From: Octopus sinensis
Lineage: Eukaryota
Reading direction: 5' to 3'
NCBI RefSeq assembly: GCF_006345805.1
Contig: NC_043020.1
Span: 21,638,001-21,702,000, forward strand
Length of the DNA: 64,000 bases
Positions within the stretch are counted from its first letter, which is position 1, and the number at the start of each line of letters is the position of its first letter. Made by a program: the position numbers and the translations under genes. Below, in pieces: positions 24,001-39,390 of the stretch. Below the pieces are notes generated by a model. The model worked only from the letters and a program-made list of their open reading frames with translations. It had not been told where the DNA came from and ran no database searches.

Positions 24001-24967
24001 CACAGGGTGAGCTCTGCAGCGCATCACGTCCTGCTTTGCAGACGCCTCGTGGCTCTTTGACCTGGAGGTCAGCCTCAAGAAGACGGAGGTACTTCACCAA
24101 CCTACACCCCAAGAGGAATACCGCCCACCCCACATCACTATCTGCAGTACCGAAATGAAATCAACTCAGCAGTTTACATACTTGGGCTACATCATCTCAT
24201 TCAATGCAAGGATCGACAAAGAAATTGAAAATAGACTCTCTAAGGCAAATAGGTCCTTTGGTAGATTGTACAAACGTGTTTGGCACAATAATAACCTGAA
24301 GAACAAAACAAAGATCAGTGTCTACAGGGCCATGGTTCTCACCACTCTTCTCTATGGCTCAGAGACCTGGATCACTTACCGCAGTCATATCCATCTCTTT
24401 GAGTGCTTCCACCAGTGATGTCACTGCACCATCCTCAACATCCACTAGAGTGACTTTGTCACAAACATTGAAGTCTTGGGGCGGGCCGAGATTCCCAGCA
24501 TTGAAGCCATGCTACTGAAGTACCATCTCCGATGGGCAGGGCATGTCTCCAGAATGGAGAACCATCGCCTTCCTAAGATTGCCCTGTTTGGCAAACTCTC
24601 CACCAGCCACTGAGTGAGAGGACCTCCAAGGAAGTGCTACAAAGACTGCCTCAAGAAGTCGCTAACAGCATGTCATATTAACCACCAATGCTGGTTAGAT
24701 CTGGCTGCGGACCGTGATGTCTGGCACCACACGATCTTCAACACAGTCAGCACGTTTGAGGAACAAAGAAGAGATGCACTTAAAGAAAGAGACGCAGGAG
24801 GAAGGCGTGAGCCACCTCTTACCCCACACTGGATGTTACCTTCGTCTGTGGACACTGCTCACGGACCTGCCTTTCCCATATCGGACTTGTCAGTCATGAG
24901 CGTGCATGCATGCGACGTGGACAGCCTTCCTGATCTTCGTTCATGAAGCCGAGCCATGATGATGATG
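21036..24967 (+). mobile_element. Near full-length but decayed RTE (BovB-like) LINE
   Basis: 16-bp TSD actttattgaaaagca (21020-21035 / 24968-24983); (GAT)n tail. APE CWNVRTM...ALSEV and LGDFNTRVG; RT NYRGITL, QCGFR, DLTKAFDTVSR, LLFADD; C-terminal C2H2 finger; multiple stops. Confidence 0.92.
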
Positions 24968-25250
24968 ACTTTATTGAAAAGCAGCAGAAATATCACAAAA
25001 ACTGTGACTCAGAATTTCACGTTCCTGTTTGTCAGACAATTAACGACAATATGAGGCTTCAAAAAGGCAGTTGCTCCTGCAAACCAAAATAAAATTTGGG
25101 ATTCGCAGAGGGTGAAAGTTGGTAACAAAAACAGGACAGCGAAGACATGCAAAAAACCAAATAGAAACAAACATGGATGATGAACAGGAACGTGAAACTC
25201 TGAGCAACAGATTTTGTGATATTTCTGCTGCTTTTCAATGAAGCATATTA
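24968..25250. mobile_element. PLE-type inverted pLTR relic with minimal hammerhead motifs (target of the RTE insertion)
   Basis: Inverted arms 24968-25035 / ~25178-25248; tGATGA-acaggaacgt-GAAAC on + and CTGACAA-acaggaacgt-GAAAt on -. Confidence 0.65.
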
Positions 25251-25599
25251 CTCTACCTCTACTATTTGAGTACTATTTTTTCCACCTTGTTTCGCATTTA
25301 AGTGCTTACTCCGGTGTATATGTAAATACATGCATACATACATATATATATATATATATTATAATTAGATTGTATATATATTTTTCAAATTACTTAGTTT
25401 TGCTTTTTTATTTTAATTTACCTCCTGTAAATTTAAGTTGCCTGTATTCTTTGCTGCAATATTTTAAGTAAAAAGTTTCTTATTCTTTACTTGAAATAAT
25501 AGTTTGTCCTATACTTTTATAGGTGTAATAACTTGTCCTGTACTTTTCCATGTTTATAACCTTAAGAATATTACTTTTCATGCTCGCATTTTTCCATGT

Positions 25600-26407
<808 letters not shown>

Positions 26408-26410
<3 letters not shown>

Positions 26411-29400
26411 TTAAAAGAAATAAGTTACTCAGAAATCTGGATGAGTTATATTTACAGATTTTTATTAATATGTCACATGTTTTATAAATGATATATTAGC
26501 GCTTGCATCCACTCTAGTGGATTCATCAGATTGAATTTTTTCAGGACTTTTGTCTCTTTTTATAGTATTATTGTGTAGGGTTGGAGAGAGATATAGGATA
26601 GTAAAAGTGGGTGAGGAATGGGGAGAAAGTGAGAGAGAGAGAGAGAATGTGTGTATGTGTGTGTGTGTGTGTGTGTGCCTTTGTATCTGAAACTTCTATA
26701 TAGCTGGTCAGTTCTTTCAATAGAAAGTGATTCTTGGCCTTTAGAAATGACAAAACCAGGTGGCTACTCTAAGGGGGGGAAGTAAATGTTATTTTTCAAA
26801 AAATTGTCTGGATTACTTTTTATCATTGTCTGGTGAGAGAGAGTGTGTATGTGTGTGTGGGTGTGTGGGTGTGTGTGTGCATGTATGTGTGGGTTCCTGT
26901 GGAGGTTGTTTCGTATCCATCTGCAAGATGGATATGAAACAACCTCCACTATCAAAACAATACAAACACACAATATGAACCATTCAACTACCCACAAGGA
27001 AACCTGAACCCCAGGAATGGAGATTGACCCAACAATCACAGAAGATGGGAAGAAAACAACTACCACAGACAAAACAACCATATAGACCACTCCTACCTCT
27101 ACAAGAAAACCTAAGACCTGAAAATGGAATTTGGAAGCGCAACAACACAACCCCTTTTTTAGGGAAAGGATATTTCAACAATACTCCAGACCAAACACAC
27201 CAAAAATTCCAAACGAACACACAAAACACAGACCCCAAAATAATAAAACTATCTAAAAGAGAACTTAGCAAAAATGAAATGAACCTACTACTAAAAGGCC
27301 TCAAATTTACACCCACATACACTCCAAATCTCATAGAACTAAAAACTGATATAGACAACTTTAGCCACCACCTCCGCCTTATGGAATTCTTTGAAAATAA
27401 GGAAACAGAAGATAACTCAATCATAAGAAAAAAAATCCCATTTCACCCGCTACAAGGGAAGTGACAAACACCTAGATGCATGCATAGAGACAATCTCCAA
27501 ATTCCCTCTGAACACATATAAATGCAAAGAGAACCTCCACAGAGGAGAAAAACAAGCCTTACAAAAACTAAAAAATGACAAGTCGATCATTATAAAAGAA
27601 GCCAACAAAGGTGGGGCAATAGTAATTATGGATACAGATTATTACAAAAAAAAAGATACTGGAGATGCTTAACAATCAGACATACTATAAAGAGGAATCA
27701 ACACCACCGGAGAAAGCAACATTAAAAAAAATTGGAACATTAGTCAATGAATACCAAGACTCCTTTACAGACAAGGAGAAAGACTATTTATGCAACTCAA
27801 GAACCAAAAAAAGCAACTTTTATGGATTACCTAAAGTTCATAAAAGCTCTGAAATACAGAGAGCCATAAAGGAACAGAGGAACCATTATATAAGAATACA
27901 AATGCCCGCAGACCTCACAATGAGACCAATAGTGGCAGGGCCCAAGGTGCCAACACAACAACTAAGCCACTTCATAGATGTACTCCTCAAACCTTTATGT
28001 CCACTGATACCAAGCTACGTAAGGGATGACATAGACTTCCTCATACACACATTCCAAATACGGTTCCGGAAAACACCATACTTGCAAGCTTCAATGTCAC
28101 AAACACGAACATACCACACACCCTGGGTCTGGAAGCGATAAAACAATGGGTAGAAAAATACAGGGAACTCATAGATAAATGTTTCAAAACAGACTTTGTC
28201 ACCAAAGCCACCCAATTAATACTTGAAAAAAACACATTCTCATTTAACAAGACATACCAACAGATAAAGGGCATGGCTATGGGTACGAAATTTGCACCTT
28301 CATATGCCAACCTCGTGATGGGTTTCCTTGAGAACAAACTATGCGGTGAAATAGGGAAAGTCTTCGAACACGACTTCAGAGAAGACATCAAGAAAAAGTG
28401 GAAACGCTACCTCAATGACTGTTCATCTTTTGGAACAGATCAGAAGATCTATGAATATTCCACAACTGCACCCATCTATCAACTTCCCGATAGATACCAA
28501 CCACAATGAACTTCACTTCCTAGACATCAACATCAAGATACACAACTCCATCGTCACAACAGACATCAACTACAAAAGAAATGACGCACACCAATATCTA
28601 AATTTCTACTCCTGCTACCCATCTCACATAAAAAGAAACATTCCATATAGTATGGCAAGATGCATACGCAGCATAGTAATCGACTCACAAACACGCCAAA
28701 TAAGACTAAATGAACTTAAAAACTTCCTACTAGAACAAAAATACCCACTCAAATTAATAAAAAATGGAATCTCAAGAGCAATGAAACTGGACATCATACA
28801 ACTCAGAACTCCAAAAACGAAAAACAAAGCAAACACACACAACCCTGGAGTTACCAACATTTTTCAAATCATACATTCAAACTTACCAATAGTCCTACAA
28901 AGCCCCAAAATGGGAAACATATTAAACAAATATTGCATAAAAAACAGTGAAAGCCAAGACAAAAACCTGAAGAAACAACTAACAAGAGCGAAATTCTCAT
29001 CAGAGATTAAAACCGAATTCTTTGTAAAAGAATGTGGAGATGGTAGATGTGGGATCTGCAGTAACCCCATCTACAAATATATAGAGGAAAACAAACAAAT
29101 AAAATTTAAGAGTGGTCACACATTCAAAGTAAATGCAGACATGAATTGCAAGATGCTGAATGTAATATACTGCATAACCTGCCACACATGCAAGGAGAAA
29201 TATAGGTGAAACTGGAAATCCTTTATGCCAACAAGCCAGAATTCACTGACAACATGTCTGACAGGAGGAACTGTGAAAGATCCCACTGAGTAAACACTTA
29301 GATATGAGTGAAGAAGGAAAATTTAAGATCTTTCCCTTCTATAAATGCCCAAGGAATGACACCTTCTTCAGGAAAAATATGGAAAAATACTTCATAACAA

Positions 29401-30830
29401 ACTTCTCCCCTAAACTGAATTGCTGAAAATATTTCTGTGATGATTTGTACTGGATGAAGGACCAATTTTGTAAATTAAATTATATTAAACACACACACAC
29501 ACACACAGTGGAAGCATTCCATCGGTTACGACGATGAGGGTTCCAGTTGATCCGAATCAATGGAACAGCCTGCTCGTGAAATTAACTTGTAAGTGGCTGA
29601 GCACTCTACAGACACGTGTACCCTTAAGGTAGTTCTCGGGGATATTCAGCGTGACACAGAGAGTGACAAGGCCGGCCCTTTGAAATACAGGTACAACAGA
29701 AACAGGAAGTAAGAGTGAGAGAAAGTTGTGCTAAAAGAGTACAGCAGGGATCACCACCATCCCTGCCGGAGCCTCGTGAAGCTTTAGGTGTTTTCGCTCA
29801 ATAAACACCCACAACGCCCGGTCTGGGAATCGAAACCGCGATCCTATGACCGCGAGTTCACTGCCCTAACCACTGGGCCATTGCGCCTCCTAAACACACA
29901 CAGTACTATACATATGTATATATACATAAATAAAAACAATCTTACATCCAGATTCTCCAACCCATACAAGCATGGGAATCAAACATTGGATTGAAAGAAC
30001 TGAACAGTAGTATAATGTCAACACAATTTTTTCTTCTGCCTTCTTTCTTTCCGTCTCTTTTCCATTAACACTCTTTTCAGATACACAGGCACCCACACAC
30101 ACATTCACACTCTCACTCACCAGACAATGATAAAAGAAATCTAGACGAATTTTTTTGAAAAACTAGAGCCCCCTTGGAGTAGCCACCTGATTTTACCACT
30201 TTTAAAGGACAAGAATCAGTTTCTATTGAAAGAGCTGACCAGCTGCAAAGATGTAAACACATTTTTTTCTTTCTTCTTTCTTTTCTTCTTTTTTCCATTG
30301 ATACTCCTTTCAGAAACACAGGCACCCATACACACGTGCACACATACACTCACACACACACACGCTCTCTCTCAGACAATGATAAAAAGAAATCCAGACA
30401 ATTTTATCTCCCTTGGAGTAGCCACCTGGTTTTGCCATTTCTAAAGGCCAAGAATCACTTTCTATTGAAAGAACTGACCAGCTATATAGAAGTAAACAAA
30501 ATTTTTTCTTCTTTCTCTCTTCCTTCTTCCTTTCCTTCTCTTTTCTGTTGACACTTCTTTCAGATACAAAGGCACACACACACACACACTATCTCTCTCA
30601 CTTTCTTCCCATTCCTCACCCACTTTTACTATCCTATATCTCTCCACCCCTACACACTCAATAATACTATAAAAAGAGACAAAAATCCTGAAAAAATTCA
30701 ATCTGATGGATCCACAAGAGTGGATGCAAGCGCAAATATATCATTTATAAAAACATGTGACATATTAATAAAAATCTGTAAATATAAACCATCCAGATTT
30801 CTGAGTACCTTATTTATTTTAATATATAAT
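26408..30830 (+). mobile_element. Neptune-like Penelope element with ~440-bp inverted terminal repeats and tandem pLTR units
   Basis: Fragmented ORF 26930-29420: LLLKGLKFTPT, FYGLPKVHK, MRPIVAGP, GMAMGTKFAPSYANL, Cys linker CGDGRCGIC, GIY-YIG NVIYCITCHTC. Segment 26408-26850 is inverted at ~30365-30830; ~250-bp tandem units at 29990-30600. Confidence 0.88.
29510..29890 (-). mobile_element. Full-length tRNA-derived SINE inserted in the PLE 3' region
   Basis: Head ggaggcgcaatggcccagtggttagggcag...ggtttcgattcccagacc (A and B boxes); flanked by duplicated taaacacacac(ac)nag. Confidence 0.92.
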
Positions 30831-31292
30831 ACCTGTACATAATCTCCAAACATTCTAATATATTTATTTGGACATACATACATATACACACATATATATA
30901 CATACATACCCACACATACATATATATATATATACATACATGCATACACTTACATACATATACAGGTTTACTATTAATACTGACACAGATGTACAGAGAT
31001 ATGTGTTTCTTGTGTTAGTTTAATTTCAAAGTTAATGTGTAATCTTGCCTACGTTTAGATTGAATACTCTTGTTCATAGGGTAAATGTGTTTGAAAGTTG
31101 TGGGTTTCTCTTTCTTTTCTTTCTTTCTTTTTTTAGTATGTTTGTTCCTAAACAACACTTCTTTTAGTGCCGTTGACACTGCCGGATTGAATGGCACTCC
31201 TTAGGTATCAAAACCATATTGATATCCATGGGGCAGCTGATGATGGAGGTATGTTGGATTGTTGAAGTTTCAGAAAAAATTATATTATTTAC

Positions 31293-31438
31293 ATATAAGA
31301 AGGATGACCTGTAAGTGGACATCCATTATGGTAGAAGAAGATCCACTATGGTCTTACCATTCCTTTGTTAGTGGTAAGACCATAGTGGATCTTCTTCTAG
31401 CAAAATGGATGTCCACTAACAGTTCATCCCTCTTATAT
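31293..31438. repeat. Fold-back palindrome, 67-bp arms with 5 mismatches, 12-nt loop (MITE-like)
   Basis: 31293-31359 versus reverse complement of 31372-31438. Confidence 0.88.
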
Positions 31439-31606
31439 AATAGTTTCACTTTAATAGTTTCAGTATTAAAGTGAAAGCATCTGACATTACAATAGAGAGA
31501 TGTTTTTGTTTCACTTTTTACACGTAATACTGAAATAGTGGAGAAGATATGATATTGCTGTGGGCTCGCCCTAGGCAAGAAGTTAAAAAGGTTTTTGCCC
31601 ATGACA

Positions 31607-31836
<230 letters not shown>

Positions 31837-31980
31837 TTTCAAATGATTCAAAATCAAATATCAAGGTTGAAAACAAATTAGTTAAAAAATAACAAACATA
31901 CAAAATAAGCAAATTGGTAACATTAAATTAGGTAACTGCAAGTTGACAAAATATTTTCTATATAAGGAAAACAAACATAC

Positions 31981-32052
31981 ATAATTCTTACTGAGCTCTA
32001 AATTGGTTTTCCTCAAATCTTGCATTCTTTCTTCATACTCATTGTCATTTTT
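31981..32052 (-). CDS. CCDC73: CCDC73-like exon (KNDNEYEERMQDLRKTNLELSKNY)
   Basis: Acceptor tttctttctcttttag, donor gtatgt; 72 nt, phase 0-0. Aligns without gaps to recalled CCDC73 [24 protein letters not shown]. A competing donor (gtaaga) lies 11 nt upstream. Confidence 0.78.
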
Positions 32053-33105
32053 CTAAAAGAGAAAGAAAATTTTTGTAATTAATTAAATAGATGAAAGAAA
32101 TGCATAAACATAAGAAGATTAAATACACAAATGGGAAGCTTTTGATGAAAGTGAGTTGAAATAGCTACACAGGTCTAAGTGTATACATTAAAAAGTTTTA
32201 GAAAAACATAAACATCATCATACCATTTGTCTTCAATTAAAAATTTTGATCCTCATACTTGCTCAAATAATTAAAATATGTTAATCCTTCACTGTGTAAT
32301 TATTTCTTATACTAATTCAGTTTCTTATGGGGATAGCACCTCTGAATAATTTGCAAGATAGAATATAATATTTCAACTATTCCAAAGAGGAAAACTAATT
32401 ACTTATCAAATCATGCTATCAGTGAAGAAAAGAGAAACACAGCTACCATATAATAACTTCAATGAACCAAATACTGGAAAACACAAAGCAACAAAGTTGA
32501 GATATTCAAAATAGCAATATTGTAATTGGATTTCCATCATCTTCATTCTTTTCCAGTGTCGATTTACATTTTGAATGAGAAAGAACAAATAAAGCCAATG
32601 TAAATGGATAAAAAAAGAACCTATAAGAAAATTTAAACAAGAATTTTATACAGCAAACAAACAGAGAAATATGATGGGTCATGTAAAATATCTTTGCAAG
32701 AACTTATCCTAATCTACTTTGAAGTGACAAAAGATGCAGCTATTGCATTAACAGTCATTTCCCCCAACTGAAATCAGAGTAGTAAAACTATTTTCTCCTC
32801 TGAAATTTATCAAATTGGATCTAAGAACCTTGATGAAAGATCTTGTTGAAGCAATATTATTTTTCAAGGCAACTTAATTTTTTTAGCCTTCCACTTCCAT
32901 TGTGTTATATATTAGGTCGTTTAGATGTTTGTTGTGGAAAGTTTCTGACCACCACCCCAAGTGACTAAGGTGGACTGACTCATTGTTACAAAATAAAGAA
33001 CTGTGAGCAACTGGCAGTTCAGATTGGGTAAGCAGTTTACTGTGAGACATTTGATTGAGAGTGCTGAGACTCGTGTAATAGTAATCATATTGCATTGTGT
33101 AAATA

Positions 33106-33985
33106 TTGGGTTGTCCAGAAAGTTTGTGCTGATTTTTAAAGGAAAGAAAAAGGTCAATAAATACTTGCCATTACATTTTTAATCAACCAAATATGAACCA
33201 TTTTGTTGCACAATGCGTCTTCATCTTTCTTTTAACTTGAAAATACCCTCTTCCCAGAATTGAGGTGGTTTCATGGCAAAGAATTCATCAAGGTGTCTTT
33301 TTACGTCATCCAAGGAATTGAAATTTTTACCATTAAGACTATTCTGCAGAGACCTGAATAAGTGGAAATCCGAAGGAGCAATATCTGGTGAATATGGAGG
33401 GTGTGGTAACACATCCCAGCCAAGCTGCAGCAATTTTTGTCTGGTTTCCAAAGAAATGTGCGGTCCTGCATTATCAAGTTGGTAAACAACACCCTTCCTG
33501 TATGCCAATTCTGGACGTTTCTCTTGAATTGCTGCTTTTAACTTGTCCAGTTGTGTGCAGTATTTCTCAGAATTAATTGTCTGGTTACTTGGGAGAAGTT
33601 CATAGTACAGAATTCCTTTCCAATCCCACCAGACACAAAGCAAGACTTTTTTAGCGTGAAGACCCGCTTTTGGGGTGGCTATGTCGCTTCCTCCAGGATT
33701 GCTTACTCCAGGATCACTTTCTCTGAACATTTCGGTAGATAATCCATTTCTCATTACCTGTCACAATTTGCTTTAAAAAAGGCATGTTTTCATTCTGTTT
33801 ATAAAGCGAATCACAAATGGAAATGCGATCCAAAAAGTTCTTCTCATTCAACTCATGTGGTACCCAAACATCATAGCAATTTGTGTACCCAAGCTTTACC
33901 AGGTGCTCATGAATGACGGATTTTGATAGGTTGAGGCTTTCTGCCAATTCTTGGGTTGTGCAATGTGGGTTATTCTCAATTAAAG
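33106..33985 (-). mobile_element. 5'-truncated mariner (DD34D) transposon
   Basis: WVPHEL, IVTGNEKWI, LLCVWWD, HPPYSPDIAPSDFHLF; 3' TIR ttgggttgtccagaaagt next to TA. Confidence 0.9.
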
Positions 33986-33989
33986 ATAC

Positions 33990-36900
33990 GAAGAAATCTT
34001 CAAAACAAAATGTAAAAGTTGGTTCAACAGAAAAAAGTACAACTATTTTTAAGAAAGTTATCCCCTACTGAACATGAAAAATACAATAATTATATTCTGC
34101 CAAAGAAGGCAGGTGAGATTTGTTTTGATGAAACAAATTTTTATCAAAAATTTCCAGTGAGAGAAGCTCCCTGTTAAATACTTACTAGCAATGTTTAGAT
34201 TTGGTCAAAAAAAGATGATGAAGGGTGATTAACAGAGAGTATGAGAAATTCAATTTGAATGAGTTGATCCTAGACATGTTCAAGTCTTTAATTTTTGTTC
34301 AAGGTCTTACTGCAAGCAAAGATGCAGATATACGTTCCTGGATTTTAACAAAATTAGAACAGGACCAAAATGTAACTCTACAGACAGTTGCAGCAGAATG
34401 TCAGAGGATTATAAATCTATGACATGATACAGATAAAATTGAAGAGAAAGATTGCTCTCATATTCATGCACGTCAACCAATATCAGATAAGAAAAAATGT
34501 CATGACCAAGTCAATGTTATGGGTGCAGTGGTCTAAATTTTAAAAGTATCTGTCCATTTAAAAATATAAAATGCCTTAAGTGTGTCATAAAAAATCACAC
34601 TGTAAAACAAAACCTAAAAAACAGTTCAATAGACAAAATCACATAAACAGCTTATTGGTGACAAAAAATACAAATATCCCTCAAAGGAAATTTGTGTACA
34701 TATAAATTAATAACATAAATGTAAAGTTACAATTCGACATGGGCAGCGATATCTCAATAATTAACACAGATATATAGAAAAAAATCAGGGACCTAGATTT
34801 TAAAAAAACTTTGAAATTATGCGTAGTGTTTTAGGAAAGAAATTATATTTTAAGGTCTAATTGTTAAGTGAAAAAACCATAAAAGCCAAAGTTTTCATGT
34901 TGAATAATACAACAAATTTATTCAGATCTGACTGGATGGAATTATTTAACTTATGGGACCTCCCCATAAATCTTTTCTGTAAAAATGTGAATGGTTTTTC
35001 CGCCAGTACAAATAAGTCATCAAACAAATTGAAAAATATTTTTTAGTATTTTTCTGATAAATTAGGCCTGTGTACCAAAATGAAGGTGAAGTTTCAAATA
35101 AAAGAAAATGCCATACCAACATTTAAACAAAAACAAACTGTACTGTTCACAGCATTAGAACAGAATAACTTAGAGAGACGAGAAAACATTGAATTATCTA
35201 AAAAGAGGAATATAGTCAATGAGCATCACCAGTTGTGTGCATTAAGAAAATGAATAATAAAATCAGAGCGCAATCGGATTTTCCTGCTGGTTTAAACAAA
35301 TGTATCAAAACTGCCACTATCCGCTACCTACTCCGGAGGATATTTTTGCGAAATTAAACGGTGGCAAGATATTTTCTAAATTGGATCTCTATGGCACATA
35401 CCTACAAATTAGAGTAGACAATGAATGCTCTCAATACTTAACAACAATTAACACACATATAGGACTGTATAAAAACAACAGGTTACCATTTGGCTTAAAA
35501 GTTGCATCAGTGATTTTTCAACAGATTATGGATGCAATGTTAGCAGACTGTGTGTTCGCAATTCCATATCTGGATGACATACTCATTAAAAGCAAATCCA
35601 AGCACCAAAACACAGTGCACATAAAGAATGTATTCAAAAAAATTAGGGATTTACTTTGAATGAAGAAAAGTATTAAATTTTCTTACCAAAAATAAGATAT
35701 TTGGGTCATATCATTGACAGAAATGGATGTCAACCAGATCTGCCAAGGGCAAACGCAATTAATAATGTCCCCCTCTAACAAATATTGTGACCTTACAAGC
35801 TTTTTGGGGACTGGCAAATTATTACAAAAATTATATTCCAAATATGCATTCGGTGAGGGTTCCACTGAATAATCTACTAAAAAAAGATGTGAAGTGGAAT
35901 TGTTCAGAAAATTGTCAAAAATGTGTGACAAAATTTGAAAAAATAGTAGCATCTGATTTGTCATTAGTACACTTTGATCTTGCAGCAAAAACTATTGTAG
36001 CTTCAGATGCCTCTGAGTATGGTATAGCAGTAATGCTACATAAATAGAAAGACGGTAACCTGAAGGTGATAGTTCATGCCTCACGTTCTCTGATATCAGC
36101 AGAGAAAAACTACAGCCAAATTGGAAAAGAGGCTCTAATGGTTATTTTTGCCATAAAAAAGTCACAGATTTTTACATGACAGAAGCTTTCAACTACAGAC
36201 TGATCATTGTCCATTACTATCGATATATAGGCTGAAGAATAGGTTGCGAAGCTGGGGTACAATATTATTAAACTATGATTTTAAGATGAAATATATACCA
36301 TCCAAAAAATTAGGCCACACTGATTGTTTATCAAGACTGATTTCAAAAAATGCTGAACCATTTGAAGATACTGTAATTGCTGATTTGCAAGCAGAAAATG
36401 AAATTGAAAATGTTTAGTGTAACGTTATATGTGAGCTGCCAGTTACTTTACAAGACATGAAATTAAAATTAGAAAACGATAAATTAATTTAAAGAATGAA
36501 AGAAATACTGAAAGCTACATGAGATAAAAATATGTGCAACACAAATGCAAACCATTTCTCAATGTGGGACAATGTGTTGATGTATGCACAAAGAGGTGTA
36601 GTGCCAGTCACACTACAAAAGCAATTGTTAAAGGAATTTCACATTGGTCACCAGGGATTTTGAGAATGAAATCATTAATGAGAACTTATGTAAATCTAAC
36701 AATGGACTGTGACATTGATGAATCAGTGAAAGCATGCAGAGGATGTGCCCTAGCTGTAAAAACACTTACCACTAAATGGCAACTGTGACCAAAAACAGAT
36801 ATTCCATGGGCCAGACTGAATGTTAATTATGCAGGTCCACTTGAGGGTGCATATTACTTTGTTGTAATGGACAGTTTTTCAAAGTGGCTAGAAGTACACA

Positions 36901-37620
36901 AATGTTAAAAGCCAACATCTGCAGTTACAGTAAGCTTTTTACATGAATTGTTCACCATATATGGCATTTCTCATACCACTGTGTCTGATAATGGAACTCA
37001 ATTTACATCAGATGAGTTGAGACAACTTTGTAAAATGTTCATCATTGAACATGTGACCACTCCACTGTATCATCCTAGGTCAAATGGAAAAGCAGAGCAT
37101 TTTGTTGACACTTCCAAGAGGGTTTTGAAAAAGGCGAACAATGAAGTAACGGAAGGTCTTGCACTTCAACAATTTTTAAGAGTGTACCGAGTTACACCTA
37201 ATCTGAATACCCTGTCTGGAATGTCATCTGCAGAATTGATGTTTGCCAGAAAGATCAGACGCATCTTTGATAAGCTAATACTGACTGAAAATAGAAAAAA
37301 GACAAACAACAAAAATACTTCAAAATTATTCAAATTAGGTGACAAGGTTTTTTTTAAACCAATAGATATGGTAAAGAAATCGGGGGGGGGGGGCAATGTA
37401 ATTATTAAACAAGTTGGAATAATGTTATTCCTGGTAAAAGGATAAACTGTCAAACAAAAAACATATCAACCAACTTTAAAAAAGATTCACAGTAAAAAGT
37501 CATGAGAAATGAATGCCCATGGAAGTATCGTATGACATGTTAATTTGAAACTACATGTTCTAACACCAGAAAATGGAAAAGAATGGAAACACTGGAATTG
37601 GACCTAAGCATAAAAGATAT
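33990..37620 (+). mobile_element. Decayed Gypsy (Mag-like) gag-pol region
   Basis: Protease DMGSDISII, RT YPLPTPEDIFAKLNGGKIFSKLDL...PYLDDILI, RNase H ASDASEYGI, integrase VSDNGTQFTS...YHPRSNGKAE; LTRs not resolved. Confidence 0.85.
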
Positions 37621-39390
37621 TATGTGAATGTGTGTGTATGAATATCATTTCAATATATTTGGAAAGTGATCAGCTGTGAGTTGATGGATGTGTATGCTGT
37701 GAAAAATGTCTTGTTGAAAAAAGAATTAGGATTTTTCTTTGGGTTAGAGTATTCTTTAGAGTGTCTCCTCCTGTGTGTATGTTTGTGATCACCAGCTGCG
37801 TGTATGTTTGGGTATGTTTGTGTATGTGTGAGAGTGATTTTTTGCAATGTTTTCTTTTGTGTGTATGTGTCTTTGCATGTGTTTTTGTGATGTTTTTTGT
37901 ATGTACGAGAATGTATGTGTATGTGTGTTTGCGATGTTTTCTTTTTTGTGTATGTGCATTTGTTTGTGTGTGTGTGTGTGTGTGTGCTGGCATATATAAA
38001 TATTGGAAAAAAAGATTAGGAAATGATGGGAAGTATTTTTTTAAATGAGCTGTATTTCGTAGTATTACATTTCCTTAAAAATATAGTATTACTGATCACA
38101 AATAATTTTGCCAATACCAAATTATGAATGTTAGCACGATTAACTTGTTTATAAGCTGGCACCGAGAGCCTTTATATGTACTTTATTACTTAAGCCAGGG
38201 CCTAGAGCTGCAAACGCCTATTTTTTAAAAATCTGTTGTATAGTAGTGCTGATCATATGTTAAAATTAGTTAACCACCTTATGGCAGCCAGTCTAAGTAA
38301 AGACACTCTTAAAAATGAGCTATTTATAGACTCTTTTGAAATTATCTCATTTTGAGGCCAGTTTTATATTAAATGGAAAGATAAAGCAGTAGTGAGAAGG
38401 GTTTTCAAAGACAAACATGAAAAGTTAAAAATTATACTACTTTCTTTGATTTCAATTTCTTCTTTGTGAGCCAAGTTGTCTAATTTTTTTAAGCGTATTT
38501 CTATTTTTTTCTGTTTATTCTTACCATTTATTTTTAACTAATTATTTTTATTATTACAAAAATTTAATCCTTAAATTTATTTAATTTTTTGTTGTTGCAT
38601 TTTTATTTATTTTATTCTAATTATTTTCATTTAGTTATTTTTATTTTTATTTGTAGAATCTGGTTTTTAACTGGTTTTTATACACCTGTTAATATTAATT
38701 ATCAATATATAGTGCCCTAAGATGAATAACAAAAGACAAAAACTTGATGTTCGTTCATTTCAATATTTCTGGAGAACTGAGTATGGATTTGTACAACAAA
38801 ATGATTGTTCTGCGTGTGCATTATGCTGTAAATCTGTCACCAGACTACATTTAAAAACTGTGATGAGAAAAGTGAAACCATAAAAAGAGCTATTTCTAGT
38901 TAAAAAAAAGTACTTCTGTTTTTGTTCAAATGCTTGGAACCAAAGATAAAGCCAATGAATGTAGTTACACAATTGCTCAATGTAAAGCTGAGAAACATAA
39001 ACCTTTTAGATGGAGAATTTAGCAAAAAAGCTTTCCTGAGAAGTGCTAAAATTTTGTCCAGTGATTTACCAAATGGTGAAACAATACTGTCTCAAATTCA
39101 AGAAATACTAGCTTCTGCAAGATCAATTGAGAGACTATAACTGATATAGCTGAAAACATAATAATAAAACAAAAAGTTGGATTACAAAAAGCTGCTGCAT
39201 TCAGTGTCACTATTGATGAAAATACTGATGTAAATGACATGGCACACCTAGCAATTGTTGCAAGATACAGTGACAATCATCATATTTATGAAGAATTATG
39301 TTTGATTCCTCTTACCAATACAACTACAGGACAGGACATTCTGATTGCATTTGTAAATTATATCGAAAATCAAGCCATTAATATAAATAA

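Noticed and set aside
32400-32880. Possible extra host exons (ttatag and tttcag acceptors on the minus strand)
   Set aside because: Frames hit stops or lack good donors, and the CCDC73-like alignment is already gap-free without them.
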